Source: Candidatus Iainarchaeum sp.
Lineage (GTDB): Archaea > Iainarchaeota > Iainarchaeia > Iainarchaeales > 0-14-0-20-34-12
Length of the DNA stretch: 32,000 nt
Assembly: GCA_030649345.1 (NCBI GenBank)
Contig: JAUSKK010000016.1
Location: 30,001 to 62,000 of the forward strand
Direction of reading: 5' to 3'
Numbering within the stretch: position 1 is the first letter of the stretch; each line of letters begins with the position of its first letter. Of the stretch, positions 7,209 through 14,899 are shown piece after piece. The notes beneath the pieces were generated by a model, which worked only from the letters and a program-made list of their open reading frames with translations, was not told where the DNA came from and searched no databases. Both the position numbers and the translations under genes were made by a program.

Positions 7209-7834
7209 CAATATTCATCCGCCAAAGGTGCAAATACAAATTTTCCATTCCGATAACCAACCAATACTAAATTTTGTGGAGTAATCTCTGTTCGTTCTCT
7301 AATCTGTACTAATGCAATCAGCAAACGTCTTCCATCCAGATTATGCTTGCGTTGAATTTTTTCAAAAAATTTAGTGCCTCGAAGAGTCGGTTCTGATTTG
7401 CCCCCAATGCCTAAAATTTCCATGACCGGTATGCCGTGTGTTTTTCCCATGGCAATTAATTCTTTACTAATTGCATAAGCATTCAATGGCAATAATTGAT
7501 ATAGTTTCGATTTGTATTTTCGATTATGATCCCGGATTCTTTTTTTGATAAAGTCAATGGTTTCTTGCGCTGTGAACTGGAGTTCATTAACTGAATCTAT
7601 TCCCATTCTTTGAACTCGCTTAATTACAATTCTTCGCGTTTTCGGAAAATTTCTGGAAACATTCATTTCACGTATTCGATAACCCCAGTCTCTGGTGCTT
7701 GTTGGATCTTGATTAAATGGATTGGTTCCTTGTCTGGGATCAATGTTTTTCATTCTGCGCAATCTTGTATCTATTTTAGGCGCTGCTTTTTTCAAGCGTT
7801 TAATCAGTTTTTTCGGCAAAATTCGAGTAACCAT
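7208..7834 (-). CDS. Hypothetical basic protein, 208 aa, translationally coupled to aCPSF2
   Basis: ATG-initiated ORF (cat 7832-7834). Arg/Lys-rich N-terminal third (MVTRILPKKLIKRLKKAAPKIDTRLRRMKN..). Stop overlaps the aCPSF2 start. Confidence 0.7.
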   Translation of the reverse strand: MVTRILPKKLIKRLKKAAPKIDTRLRRMKNIDPRQGTNPFNQDPTSTRDWGYRIREMNVSRNFPKTRRIVIKRVQRMGIDSVNELQFTAQETIDFIKKRIRDHNRKYKSKLYQLLPLNAYAISKELIAMGKTHGIPVMEILGIGGKSEPTLRGTKFFEKIQRKHNLDGRRLLIALVQIRERTEITPQNLVLVGYRNGKFVFAPLADEY

Positions 7835-7894
7835 TTCAATCCTATCAATACTTCAAACGCATTATTTAAGCCTATTTTGGTTGGCTTATTGAGT

Positions 7895-8485
7895 ATGACT
7901 GAAGAACCAATTCAACCTGAACTAAAGCTATACCGTGCTTTATTGGAAAAATATGCTGATATTATTAATGAACATGAACGCAAAACCATTGGGCAATTAA
8001 AAGCTTTAGTCAATCCAGAAAACTTAAGCATTCAAGCCTTGCTGTCAGATTTTCTGCCAGAAAATTATTCGTTTGAACAAGATTATTTAACTGTTTTAGA
8101 AAAAGTGTACACTTATTTAAAAAATGAAGTTCAATGCATCAAAACAGATTTGAATATTAATTATTGGATGTCGACTGAAGAAATTTTGCAACACCAAGTT
8201 GCAGATGACGAAGACATTGCAGTTTTATTGTGCGCTTGCATGCATGCCTTAGGTGACAAACAAGCTTTTGTCACAATTGCTGAATTATCCAATCTAAGCA
8301 CGCATGCTTTTGTTTTAACTGAATACAAAGATCAAGCTTTGCTGTTAGATTTGTTTCAAAAATATGAATTTCAAAAATTTTTTGGAACCAAAGTTACAGT
8401 TTTAGAAAATTATACTTTCGAAGAAACAGCCATTAAACAATTCATGTACCAATTCAATCACTTTGAATACAAGCAGTTTCTCTAA
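7895..8485 (+). CDS. Hypothetical protein, 196 aa; possible transglutaminase-like Cys-His-Asp fold
   Basis: Start set at ATG 7895 (MTEEPIQPELKLY..) because the track ORF from 7610 runs antisense through the 208-aa gene. The segment 'DIAVLLCACMHALGDKQAFVTIAELSNLSTHAFVLTEYKDQALLLDLF' has the C...H...D order and hydrophobic context of transglutaminase-like cysteine peptidase cores. Confidence 0.65.
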   Translation: MTEEPIQPELKLYRALLEKYADIINEHERKTIGQLKALVNPENLSIQALLSDFLPENYSFEQDYLTVLEKVYTYLKNEVQCIKTDLNINYWMSTEEILQHQVADDEDIAVLLCACMHALGDKQAFVTIAELSNLSTHAFVLTEYKDQALLLDLFQKYEFQKFFGTKVTVLENYTFEETAIKQFMYQFNHFEYKQFL

Positions 8486-8489
8486 ACCT

Positions 8490-8511
8490 AAACCGCGGAA
8501 ACCTGCGGTTT
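8490..8511. other. G+C-rich hairpin AAACCGC-GGAAACCT-GCGGTTT between convergent genes
   Basis: 7-bp perfect stem with an 8-nt loop, starting 5 nt after the stop at 8485. Followed by a C-rich tract and then a T7 run. Confidence 0.45.
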
Positions 8512-8557
8512 CCCCAGTTCCAAGTTCCTCCTGACCCTTCCCTTATTGGTCTTTCTA

Positions 8558-8564
8558 TTTTTTT
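8558..8564 (+). terminator. Oligo-T tract (T7), candidate archaeal intrinsic terminator for the 7895-8485 gene
   Basis: ctttctaTTTTTTTaaaa. Archaeal RNAP terminates at oligo-T runs (established knowledge). Confidence 0.35.
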
Positions 8565-8568
8565 AAAA

Positions 8569-9192
8569 TTAGCGTGCCGGCCTGAATCGTTTAATGGTGC
8601 CAACATCTAAAATATACAAACTTCCAGTTTTGGTCTTAGGGTCTAACTCAATTGTAAATGCTTCCATAGGAATTACCCAGCCATTTTTTGCAGCTAGTGT
8701 GACTGCTGTTTGAATTTGTTTTTGAATCACTGGATAATTTTTAATTCCACGAAAAGTTCCTGCCTGTTCCATTAACACCAGCAAAGAATTCGCTCCAGCC
8801 GGCCAGTGATTTTCTGGCAACTCAATAAATCTTCCAGGATTTAAGTCCATTAATTTTTTTCCTTTTAATCCCAATCGTGTTAAAATTAAACTGGCAGCTC
8901 CAGAACTGTTAACTTTTAATCGTACTGTTCTCGGAAAAAGTTTTCTAGGTAAAAATCCCATCAAGCTTTTGAATGTTAAATAATCCTGCGAAGCTGTAGT
9001 TTTATGCGAAGGCGGATTTTCATGATATCTTTTTTCAGCTAAACTAACTCGATGTTTTCCTCTTCTATATTCCAAAGCTTCAACAACCCCTTGTCCACCG
9101 CGTCCAATTTCTCTTCCCTGAACAATACTTCCCTTCAAAGTATTTCTTCTTCCGCCTGCTAAATGAAATCCTCGTAGTTTACGTGCCTGCAT
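8569..9192 (-). CDS. Hypothetical 207-aa protein, paralog of 9682-10236; protein-kinase-like motif order (G-rich loop, AEK, DxG)
   Basis: 'IGRGGQGVV' then 'VSLAEKRY' then 'SLILTRLG' then 'LYILDVG'. Clearly alignable with the 184-aa paralog (GKH..LAEK.Y, FLP.KLF..TVRLK, SLI.T.LG, LYI.D.G.I), which supports real coding. Confidence 0.8.
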   Translation of the reverse strand: MQARKLRGFHLAGGRRNTLKGSIVQGREIGRGGQGVVEALEYRRGKHRVSLAEKRYHENPPSHKTTASQDYLTFKSLMGFLPRKLFPRTVRLKVNSSGAASLILTRLGLKGKKLMDLNPGRFIELPENHWPAGANSLLVLMEQAGTFRGIKNYPVIQKQIQTAVTLAAKNGWVIPMEAFTIELDPKTKTGSLYILDVGTIKRFRPAR

Positions 9193-9226
9193 ATATAATT
9201 ATTCCCTTCAGTTCTTTTTATACTAT

Positions 9227-9679
9227 ATGATTAAAGAAAAAAGTGCCGGAATTCTAATCTTTTTCTTAGACGCCCAGCAAACACCCCAATATCTTTTACT
9301 GCATTATCCGTTAGGCCATTGGGATTTTCCGAAAGGCCATGTAGAACAAAATGAAACTTTAGAAGAAACTGCTCTCCGCGAACTCGAAGAAGAAACCGGA
9401 ATTTCCAAAAATCAAATTGCAATTATCTCTGGATTTGAACAATCTTTATCTTATTCCTATAATCACAGCGGAAAAAAATTCTTCAAAGAAGTAACTTTTT
9501 TCTTGGCAAAAACTCAAACTCAAACAGTAAAAATTTCGCGCGAACACATTAATTTCACTTGGTTGCCGTTTGAATTGGCGTATTCTAAATTAACCTATGA
9601 AAATGCTAAAAATATCCTAGAAAAAGCTCACATTTTCCTAAAACAAAAATTCAGCCAGAAAAAATTAGAGCAATTTTAA
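9227..9679 (+). CDS. Nudix hydrolase (Ap4A-hydrolase-like size and layout)
   Basis: Canonical Nudix box GX5EX7REUXEEXGU: 'GHWDFPKGHVEQNETLEETALRELEEETGI'. 150 aa. Confidence 0.85.
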   Translation: MIKEKSAGILIFFLDAQQTPQYLLLHYPLGHWDFPKGHVEQNETLEETALRELEEETGISKNQIAIISGFEQSLSYSYNHSGKKFFKEVTFFLAKTQTQTVKISREHINFTWLPFELAYSKLTYENAKNILEKAHIFLKQKFSQKKLEQF

Positions 9680-9681
9680 TT

Positions 9682-10236
9682 TTATTTTTTAGATTGAATT
9701 TTCCGAATACTTCCTAAATCCACAATATATAATTTTCCATATCCTGTGCTTGGATTCCAGTCTGCCATGAATGCATTAAACGGCAAAATAAATCCATGCG
9801 CCTTTGCAGTTTCCATAACTGTTTCCATTTCTGTAAATAAAGCTTTCCTGTTTTTTACTTGACCTAAAACTTCCGAGTATCGTACTTTCCATAAATCCAA
9901 TACCTGATTTCCATTTCTTCCAAGTTGAGTCATTATCAAACTAGGTCTTTTTCCTTTTTCTAACTTTAAACGGACTGTGGGTAAAAATAATTTTTTTGGC
10001 AAAAATGTCTGCAAGGCTTTAACCATTTGAAAATCTCTTCGCGCATTTGTAAACGGATAATAAGTTCTATATTCTTTTTCTGCTAAATGGATTGTATGCT
10101 TTCCTTTTGAATACGTAAATTCAAATATAGTTCCATCGTCTCCGCCTAAATCCAGCATTTTTTTCTGAACTCCTGTATTTCCTGTAATTTTTTTCCTTCC
10201 ACCCAGTAAGCGAATCTTTGGTTTTGGTTTAAACAT
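9682..10236 (-). CDS. Hypothetical 184-aa protein, paralog of 8569-9192; minimal protein-kinase-like motif order
   Basis: 'LGGDDGTIFEF', 'IHLAEKEY', 'SLIMTQLG', 'LYIVDLGSI'. SD-like AAGGT 7 nt upstream of the ATG (10236). Confidence 0.8.
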   Translation of the reverse strand: MFKPKPKIRLLGGRKKITGNTGVQKKMLDLGGDDGTIFEFTYSKGKHTIHLAEKEYRTYYPFTNARRDFQMVKALQTFLPKKLFLPTVRLKLEKGKRPSLIMTQLGRNGNQVLDLWKVRYSEVLGQVKNRKALFTEMETVMETAKAHGFILPFNAFMADWNPSTGYGKLYIVDLGSIRKIQSKK

Positions 10237-10369
10237 TTCACAACCTTTTATTCACTAATTTGTGTGCTTTGCTTTAGATTAAAGTTATGGTTTAACTTAC
10301 TTTCAGGTCTGTATTAGTGCATATTTCAAAATGTTCATACTTGCTCATACTGTGTCCTATTCGTTCGCC

Positions 10370-10379
10370 TATTTAAATT
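10370..10379 (+). promoter_or_regulatory. TATA-box candidate TATTTAAATT ~25 nt upstream of the PMM/PGM ATG (leaderless-type spacing)
   Basis: No SD-like purine tract lies between it and ATG 10399. The spacing matches the archaeal TATA-to-TSS distance. Confidence 0.35.
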
Positions 10380-10398
10380 TTCGAATCGTTTTCTTAGT

Positions 10399-11793
10399 AT
10401 GGAACAAGTTGTTCAAATTGAACCCACTCTTTTTCGTGAATACGATATTCGAGGCATAGTAGATCAAGATTTAACACCGCAAACCATTCAATGGATTGGT
10501 CAAGCTTTTGGAACATATTTAAAAAACAAAAAAATTTCTGATTGTGTCGTAGGCTTTGATGCCCGTTCGTATTCTGAAAAAGTTTCCAAAGACCTTATTC
10601 AAGGTTTACTGAAAACTGGAGTCAATGTTATTTCCATTGGCACATGTTTAACTCCAATGCTGTATTTTGCTCAATTTAATTTAAATATTTCTGCCGGGGT
10701 CATGGTGACAGCTTCGCATAATCCGAATGGCTGGACTGGATTCAAACTAAGTTATACTCCGGGTTTGACTTTAGGCACGGAAGAAATTCAAGAACTGCAT
10801 CAAATGATTTTAAATCAAAACTTTGTTTTCGGAAAAGGAATTGAAAAACAAAAGTCTATCACTGAACCGTACATTAAAGAATTGGTTCAAAAAATTAAGC
10901 TTAAACAAAAACCCAAAATTGTAGTCAATACCAGAAATGGAACAGCTGCTTTGTTTGCGCCAGAGTTATTTAAGTTAGCTGGCTGTCAAGTGATTGAACA
11001 ATTTTGTTCTCTGGATACTTTATTTCCAAACGGAAACCCCAACCCAAGTTTGCAAGATATGCTGGAAGAAACTGGAAAAAAAGTAATCCACGAAAAAGCA
11101 GACTTGGGTTTTGCTTTTGACGGCGATGGAGACAGATTGGGAATTGTGGATTCTAAAGGTAATCCAATTTATGCTGACAAAATTGCCTGCGTTTTATCCC
11201 AGCATATTTTGAAAAAACAACCGTATGCTTCCATTGTATTTGATGTCAAATGTTCTCAGGCTTTGCCGGATGTTATTGCTCAAAGTAAAGGAATTCCAGT
11301 TATGTGGAAAACAGGACATTCGCACATTAAACATAAAGCTAAAGAAATCAAAGCAGCCTTTGCAGCTGAACGCTCTGGCCATTTCTTTTTCTTTGACAGA
11401 TACTATGGCTATGATGATGCCTTGTATACTGGTTTGCGTGTCTTGGAAGTTTTAGAATCTGAAAAAAAATCTTTGCATGAGCTCATTCAACAATTGCCGC
11501 ATTATGTTACAGCTCCAGTTTATGCTGTAACTTGCAGAGACACTGTCAAATATCAAGTGGTTGAAAAAATGGTGAAAAATTTAAAACAAAAATTTCCCAA
11601 AGTCAATGACATTAATGGAGCTCGTGTAGAATTTCCAGACGGCTTTATGCTGGTGCGCGCTTCCTCCAATGAACCTATCCTGGTTTTAGTATTTGAAGCC
11701 AAAAGCGAAAAAAGATTGGAAGAATTTAAAACAATTATGAAAACAGAATTAAGCCAATATCCTGAAATTGGAAAAGAATGGCATTACAATTAA
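10399..11793 (+). CDS. Phosphomannomutase/phosphoglucomutase (alpha-D-phosphohexomutase family)
   Basis: Active-site Ser loop 'GVMVTASHNPNGW', metal-binding loop 'FAFDGDGDRLG', sugar-binding 'AAERSGHFFF'. 464 aa. Confidence 0.9.
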   Translation: MEQVVQIEPTLFREYDIRGIVDQDLTPQTIQWIGQAFGTYLKNKKISDCVVGFDARSYSEKVSKDLIQGLLKTGVNVISIGTCLTPMLYFAQFNLNISAGVMVTASHNPNGWTGFKLSYTPGLTLGTEEIQELHQMILNQNFVFGKGIEKQKSITEPYIKELVQKIKLKQKPKIVVNTRNGTAALFAPELFKLAGCQVIEQFCSLDTLFPNGNPNPSLQDMLEETGKKVIHEKADLGFAFDGDGDRLGIVDSKGNPIYADKIACVLSQHILKKQPYASIVFDVKCSQALPDVIAQSKGIPVMWKTGHSHIKHKAKEIKAAFAAERSGHFFFFDRYYGYDDALYTGLRVLEVLESEKKSLHELIQQLPHYVTAPVYAVTCRDTVKYQVVEKMVKNLKQKFPKVNDINGARVEFPDGFMLVRASSNEPILVLVFEAKSEKRLEEFKTIMKTELSQYPEIGKEWHYN

Positions 11794-11806
11794 TGGTGAT
11801 TAATTT

Positions 11807-12817
11807 ATGAAAAAATTACGAATTGCAATCAATGGTTTTGGAAGAATTGGACGATTATTTTATCGAATTGCTTTAGAACATCCAAATCTAGAAGTGGTTG
11901 CAGCCAATGATTTAGGTTTAACTCCTGTTCTGGCTAATTTATTAAAATTTGATTCAGTTTACGGAAAATTCAATCATTCTATTTCAGTCCAAAACGAAAC
12001 CATTCAAGTAGATCAACATTCAATTCAATTTTTTCACGAACGCGATCCTGTAAATTTGCCTTGGAAAAATTTAGACATTGATTTAGTTTTGGACGCTACC
12101 AGTTTGTTTCGAAAACGAGAACAATTAGAACCTCACTTAAAAGCCGGAGCCAAAAAAGTACTCATTGCAGTGCCGCCCAAAGATGAAAGCATTCAACAAA
12201 TTGTCTTATGTGCGAACAAACCAGTATACGATCCAAAAAAACACGATATTGTAAGCATGGCTTCTTGTACTACCAATTCAGCAGTTCCTTTAGCTTTGGT
12301 TTTACACAAAGAATTTGGAATCGAAAAAGGATTCATTAACACTACGCATGCTGTAACCATGGATCAATCTTTACTGGATGCATCCAACAAAGATATGCGC
12401 CGGGCCAGAAATTCTATGTTGAATATTATTCCAACCAGTACAGGTTCGGCCAAAGCAGTAGGAGTTGTTATTCCAGAACTTAAAGGAAAATTAAACGGAG
12501 TGGCTATGCGGGTGCCCATCAGTGCAGGATCGATTACAGACTTAACCGTTAAATTATCTAAAGCAAGCACTGTTGAAGAAGTGAATCAAAAATTCAAGCA
12601 CTATGCGCAAACTTCTTTGAAAGGCTTTTTAGAATACTCTGAAGAAGAATTGGTCAGCTCAGATATTGTTGGAAATTCAAATACGTGTATTTTTGACTCC
12701 AAACAAACCATGGTTATTGGAGATTTAGTGAAAGTCTTAGGCTGGTACGACAATGAATTTGGGTATGCCAGCAAACTAGCGGATTTTGCAGATTATATTT
12801 TAGAACAAGGTTTTTGA
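11807..12817 (+). CDS. gap: Glyceraldehyde-3-phosphate dehydrogenase, class I (bacterial/eukaryotic type)
   Basis: 'INGFGRIGR' NAD-binding start, catalytic 'ASCTTNS', 'WYDNEFGY' near the C-terminus. SD GGTGA 7 nt upstream of the ATG. Confidence 0.9.
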   Translation: MKKLRIAINGFGRIGRLFYRIALEHPNLEVVAANDLGLTPVLANLLKFDSVYGKFNHSISVQNETIQVDQHSIQFFHERDPVNLPWKNLDIDLVLDATSLFRKREQLEPHLKAGAKKVLIAVPPKDESIQQIVLCANKPVYDPKKHDIVSMASCTTNSAVPLALVLHKEFGIEKGFINTTHAVTMDQSLLDASNKDMRRARNSMLNIIPTSTGSAKAVGVVIPELKGKLNGVAMRVPISAGSITDLTVKLSKASTVEEVNQKFKHYAQTSLKGFLEYSEEELVSSDIVGNSNTCIFDSKQTMVIGDLVKVLGWYDNEFGYASKLADFADYILEQGF

Positions 12818-12818
12818 A

Positions 12819-14045
12819 ATGCATGATTACGAAAAATTGCCTTACATTAATGGACAAGATTTAACTGGAAAAACTGTTCTAGTTCGAGTTGACTTAAACA
12901 CCAGTGTCCAAAATGGAAAAATTACTTTAAGTCCAAGATTATTCGAGCACAGCAATACTTTAGAAGATTTATCGGACCGCAATGCTAAAGTTGTAGCTGT
13001 AAGCCATCAAGGAAGAAAAGACAGAGATGATTTTGTTTCCTTAGAACAACATGCTGAAGTCTTAGAACATTTAACTGGAAAACATGTACAATTTTGTTCC
13101 TGGGATGATGACTATATTTCCAAAATTAAAGAACTTAAAAACGGAAATATTTTGGTTTTAGACAACACACGTTTTTTAGATTACGAAACTCAAGAACTAA
13201 GCGCAGAAGAACATGCTGAAAATCCTAAAGTTAAAGAATTAGCCAAAGTATGCGATATGTTTGTTTTAGATACTCTAAGTGTAGCGCATAGATCTCATGC
13301 TTTGGTGGTAGGTTTAATGCCGTTATTGCCGAGTTTTATTGGTCCAGTTTTAAGAAAAGAATTAAAGGCTTTGAAAAAAATTGTGACAGCCGATCATGGT
13401 TCTGTTTTAATTTTAGGCGGAGCCAAAGTAGAAGAATCTTTGGAAGCCATGAAAAAAATGTTAACTGCGGAAAAGGTTGACTTAGTTTTATTGGGTGGAA
13501 TTCCAGGCGAGCTTGCAATCATTGCAAAAGGAGAAAATTTAGGAAAAAAACAACACTGGCTTCAAGAAAAAGGATACATTCAATTCGTGCCTTTGCTGAA
13601 AGAATTTTTAGAACGCTACGAAGATCGTATATTAATTCCGGTTGATTTTGCAGTTGAACGAAATTTGCGCAGAAAAGAAATTTCTTTAGCTGAATTACCC
13701 ATGCATGAAACCATCTATGATATCGGAGAAGTCACAGCACAAATGTATGCCTCCAAATTAGAAAATGCAAAACTCGTAATTTTTAACGGGCCAGTTGGAG
13801 TATTTGAAAAATATCAATTTTCGTATGGCACCAGAAAACTTTTGTCAGCTTTAGCAGACTCTCGTGCCTTTTCTGTAATTGGCGGAGGAGATACTTTGAC
13901 TGCCATTTCTTCTTTGGGTTTTAAAGAACGAGAATTTTCTCACACCAGTTTAGCTGGAAAAGCTTTGCTGGATTTCTTGGCAGGAAACAAAGTAGCTGCC
14001 TTGGCTGCTATTGAAAAATATGCACCGAAAGTTGAAATAAAATAA
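12819..14045 (+). CDS. pgk: Phosphoglycerate kinase
   Basis: 'VLVRVDLN', 'AVSHQGR', 'GGAKVEES', 'FNGPVGVFE', 'GGGDT'. Starts 1 nt after the gap stop. Confidence 0.9.
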   Translation: MHDYEKLPYINGQDLTGKTVLVRVDLNTSVQNGKITLSPRLFEHSNTLEDLSDRNAKVVAVSHQGRKDRDDFVSLEQHAEVLEHLTGKHVQFCSWDDDYISKIKELKNGNILVLDNTRFLDYETQELSAEEHAENPKVKELAKVCDMFVLDTLSVAHRSHALVVGLMPLLPSFIGPVLRKELKALKKIVTADHGSVLILGGAKVEESLEAMKKMLTAEKVDLVLLGGIPGELAIIAKGENLGKKQHWLQEKGYIQFVPLLKEFLERYEDRILIPVDFAVERNLRRKEISLAELPMHETIYDIGEVTAQMYASKLENAKLVIFNGPVGVFEKYQFSYGTRKLLSALADSRAFSVIGGGDTLTAISSLGFKEREFSHTSLAGKALLDFLAGNKVAALAAIEKYAPKVEIK

Positions 14046-14048
14046 TTA

Positions 14049-14056
14049 TTTTTTTA
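14049..14056 (+). terminator. Oligo-T tract (T8) 3 nt after the pgk stop; candidate operon terminator
   Basis: taaTTATTTTTTTTaacat directly after the PMM-gap-pgk operon. Confidence 0.4.
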
Positions 14057-14060
14057 ACAT

Positions 14061-14807
14061 TTAGTCGTACGCACTTATTAATTCACTGATGAGACTTTTT
14101 GCTTGGTCTAAAGTACAATAACTGGATGCTGGAGTATTTTGATAGTTTACAGTTCCTGCATTTTGGTTACTGGTTACATTCGTTTTTCCATGAGAATCAT
14201 GATACTCGTAGACATACCCATTTTTTAGAAGAACAACTATGTCATAAGCAAAATCATCAATATTTTCTCTGTTGCTGCCAACTGCATTGGAAGTATTAAT
14301 ATACTCTGCAAAAGCAGCTTGTCCAAGATCTGAAATGGGAACAACTGTTCGCTGTGTAGTTTTTTCATATTCCATATCTTCATTAAATTGAGCCAAAGTA
14401 GATTTACTAAGCATACCGTTCTGAGCACCAAAAGATATGTCAAAGCTAAATTCATCTCCAATAATCGTCATGCATGATCCATCGCTTCCAACATTCCTGC
14501 GATTCCCTTCTGTACTGGGACAAGATATATTTCCTGTTATAGTACAATATCTTTTGACTAAATCTGCATTAAGACAAATTGTGCCTGGAGTGGCAATTTC
14601 GCTAGTGCAACTGTATTTTGAAGGTTCAATTGCAGAATCAACAGTAGCTGCTGTTTCAGATGAAGCTGTATTGGTATTTGTTTGGCTAATTGAATTCTGT
14701 GAACTTCCAGTTTCATTTGTTGAAGTTGTCTGCGTGTCTGATTGTGTGCATCCAGTTAAGACTGCAAGAACTAAAATTAAAATACCAATTTTCAGTTTTA
14801 ATTGCAT
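14061..14807 (-). CDS. Secreted lipobox protein, 248 aa, with S/T-rich linker
   Basis: Start moved to the internal ATG (cat 14805-14807): MQLKLKIGILILVLAVLTG/CTQSDTQTTSTNETGSS.. has an n-region, an h-region and an L-T-G-C lipobox. The longer track start (14879) adds 24 non-signal residues. Confidence 0.7.
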   Translation of the reverse strand: MQLKLKIGILILVLAVLTGCTQSDTQTTSTNETGSSQNSISQTNTNTASSETAATVDSAIEPSKYSCTSEIATPGTICLNADLVKRYCTITGNISCPSTEGNRRNVGSDGSCMTIIGDEFSFDISFGAQNGMLSKSTLAQFNEDMEYEKTTQRTVVPISDLGQAAFAEYINTSNAVGSNRENIDDFAYDIVVLLKNGYVYEYHDSHGKTNVTSNQNAGTVNYQNTPASSYCTLDQAKSLISELISAYD

Positions 14808-14899
14808 GTGATCTAATAAGAATCTTATTCTTTTTAAATCTTTCAGTTGAAAATGGACTTGTTTAATATCCAATTGCATCAGCTGTTGACTTGTGCATT

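Noticed and set aside
7610-7894. N-terminal 95 codons of the 291-aa plus-strand track ORF (non-ATG start)
   Set aside because: This part runs antisense through the 5' third of the 208-aa minus-strand gene. The sequence is low-complexity. A clean ATG at 7895 lies just beyond that gene's start. Long antisense open frames recur in this window (e.g. 4008-4319, 14437-14811), so this is a codon-composition artefact.
5375-10236. A horizontally acquired island or mobile element explaining the cluster of orphan basic proteins
   Set aside because: I saw no integrase, transposase, tRNA attachment site, flanking direct repeats or phage genes. The slightly higher G+C of these genes is explained by their Arg/Gly/Pro/Ala-rich composition.
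12415-12427. Extra copy of TATGTTGAATATT inside the GAPDH gene
   Set aside because: It has no partner arm nearby. It simply encodes the conserved GAPDH peptide N-S-M-L-N-I-I-P, so it is a coincidental word match.
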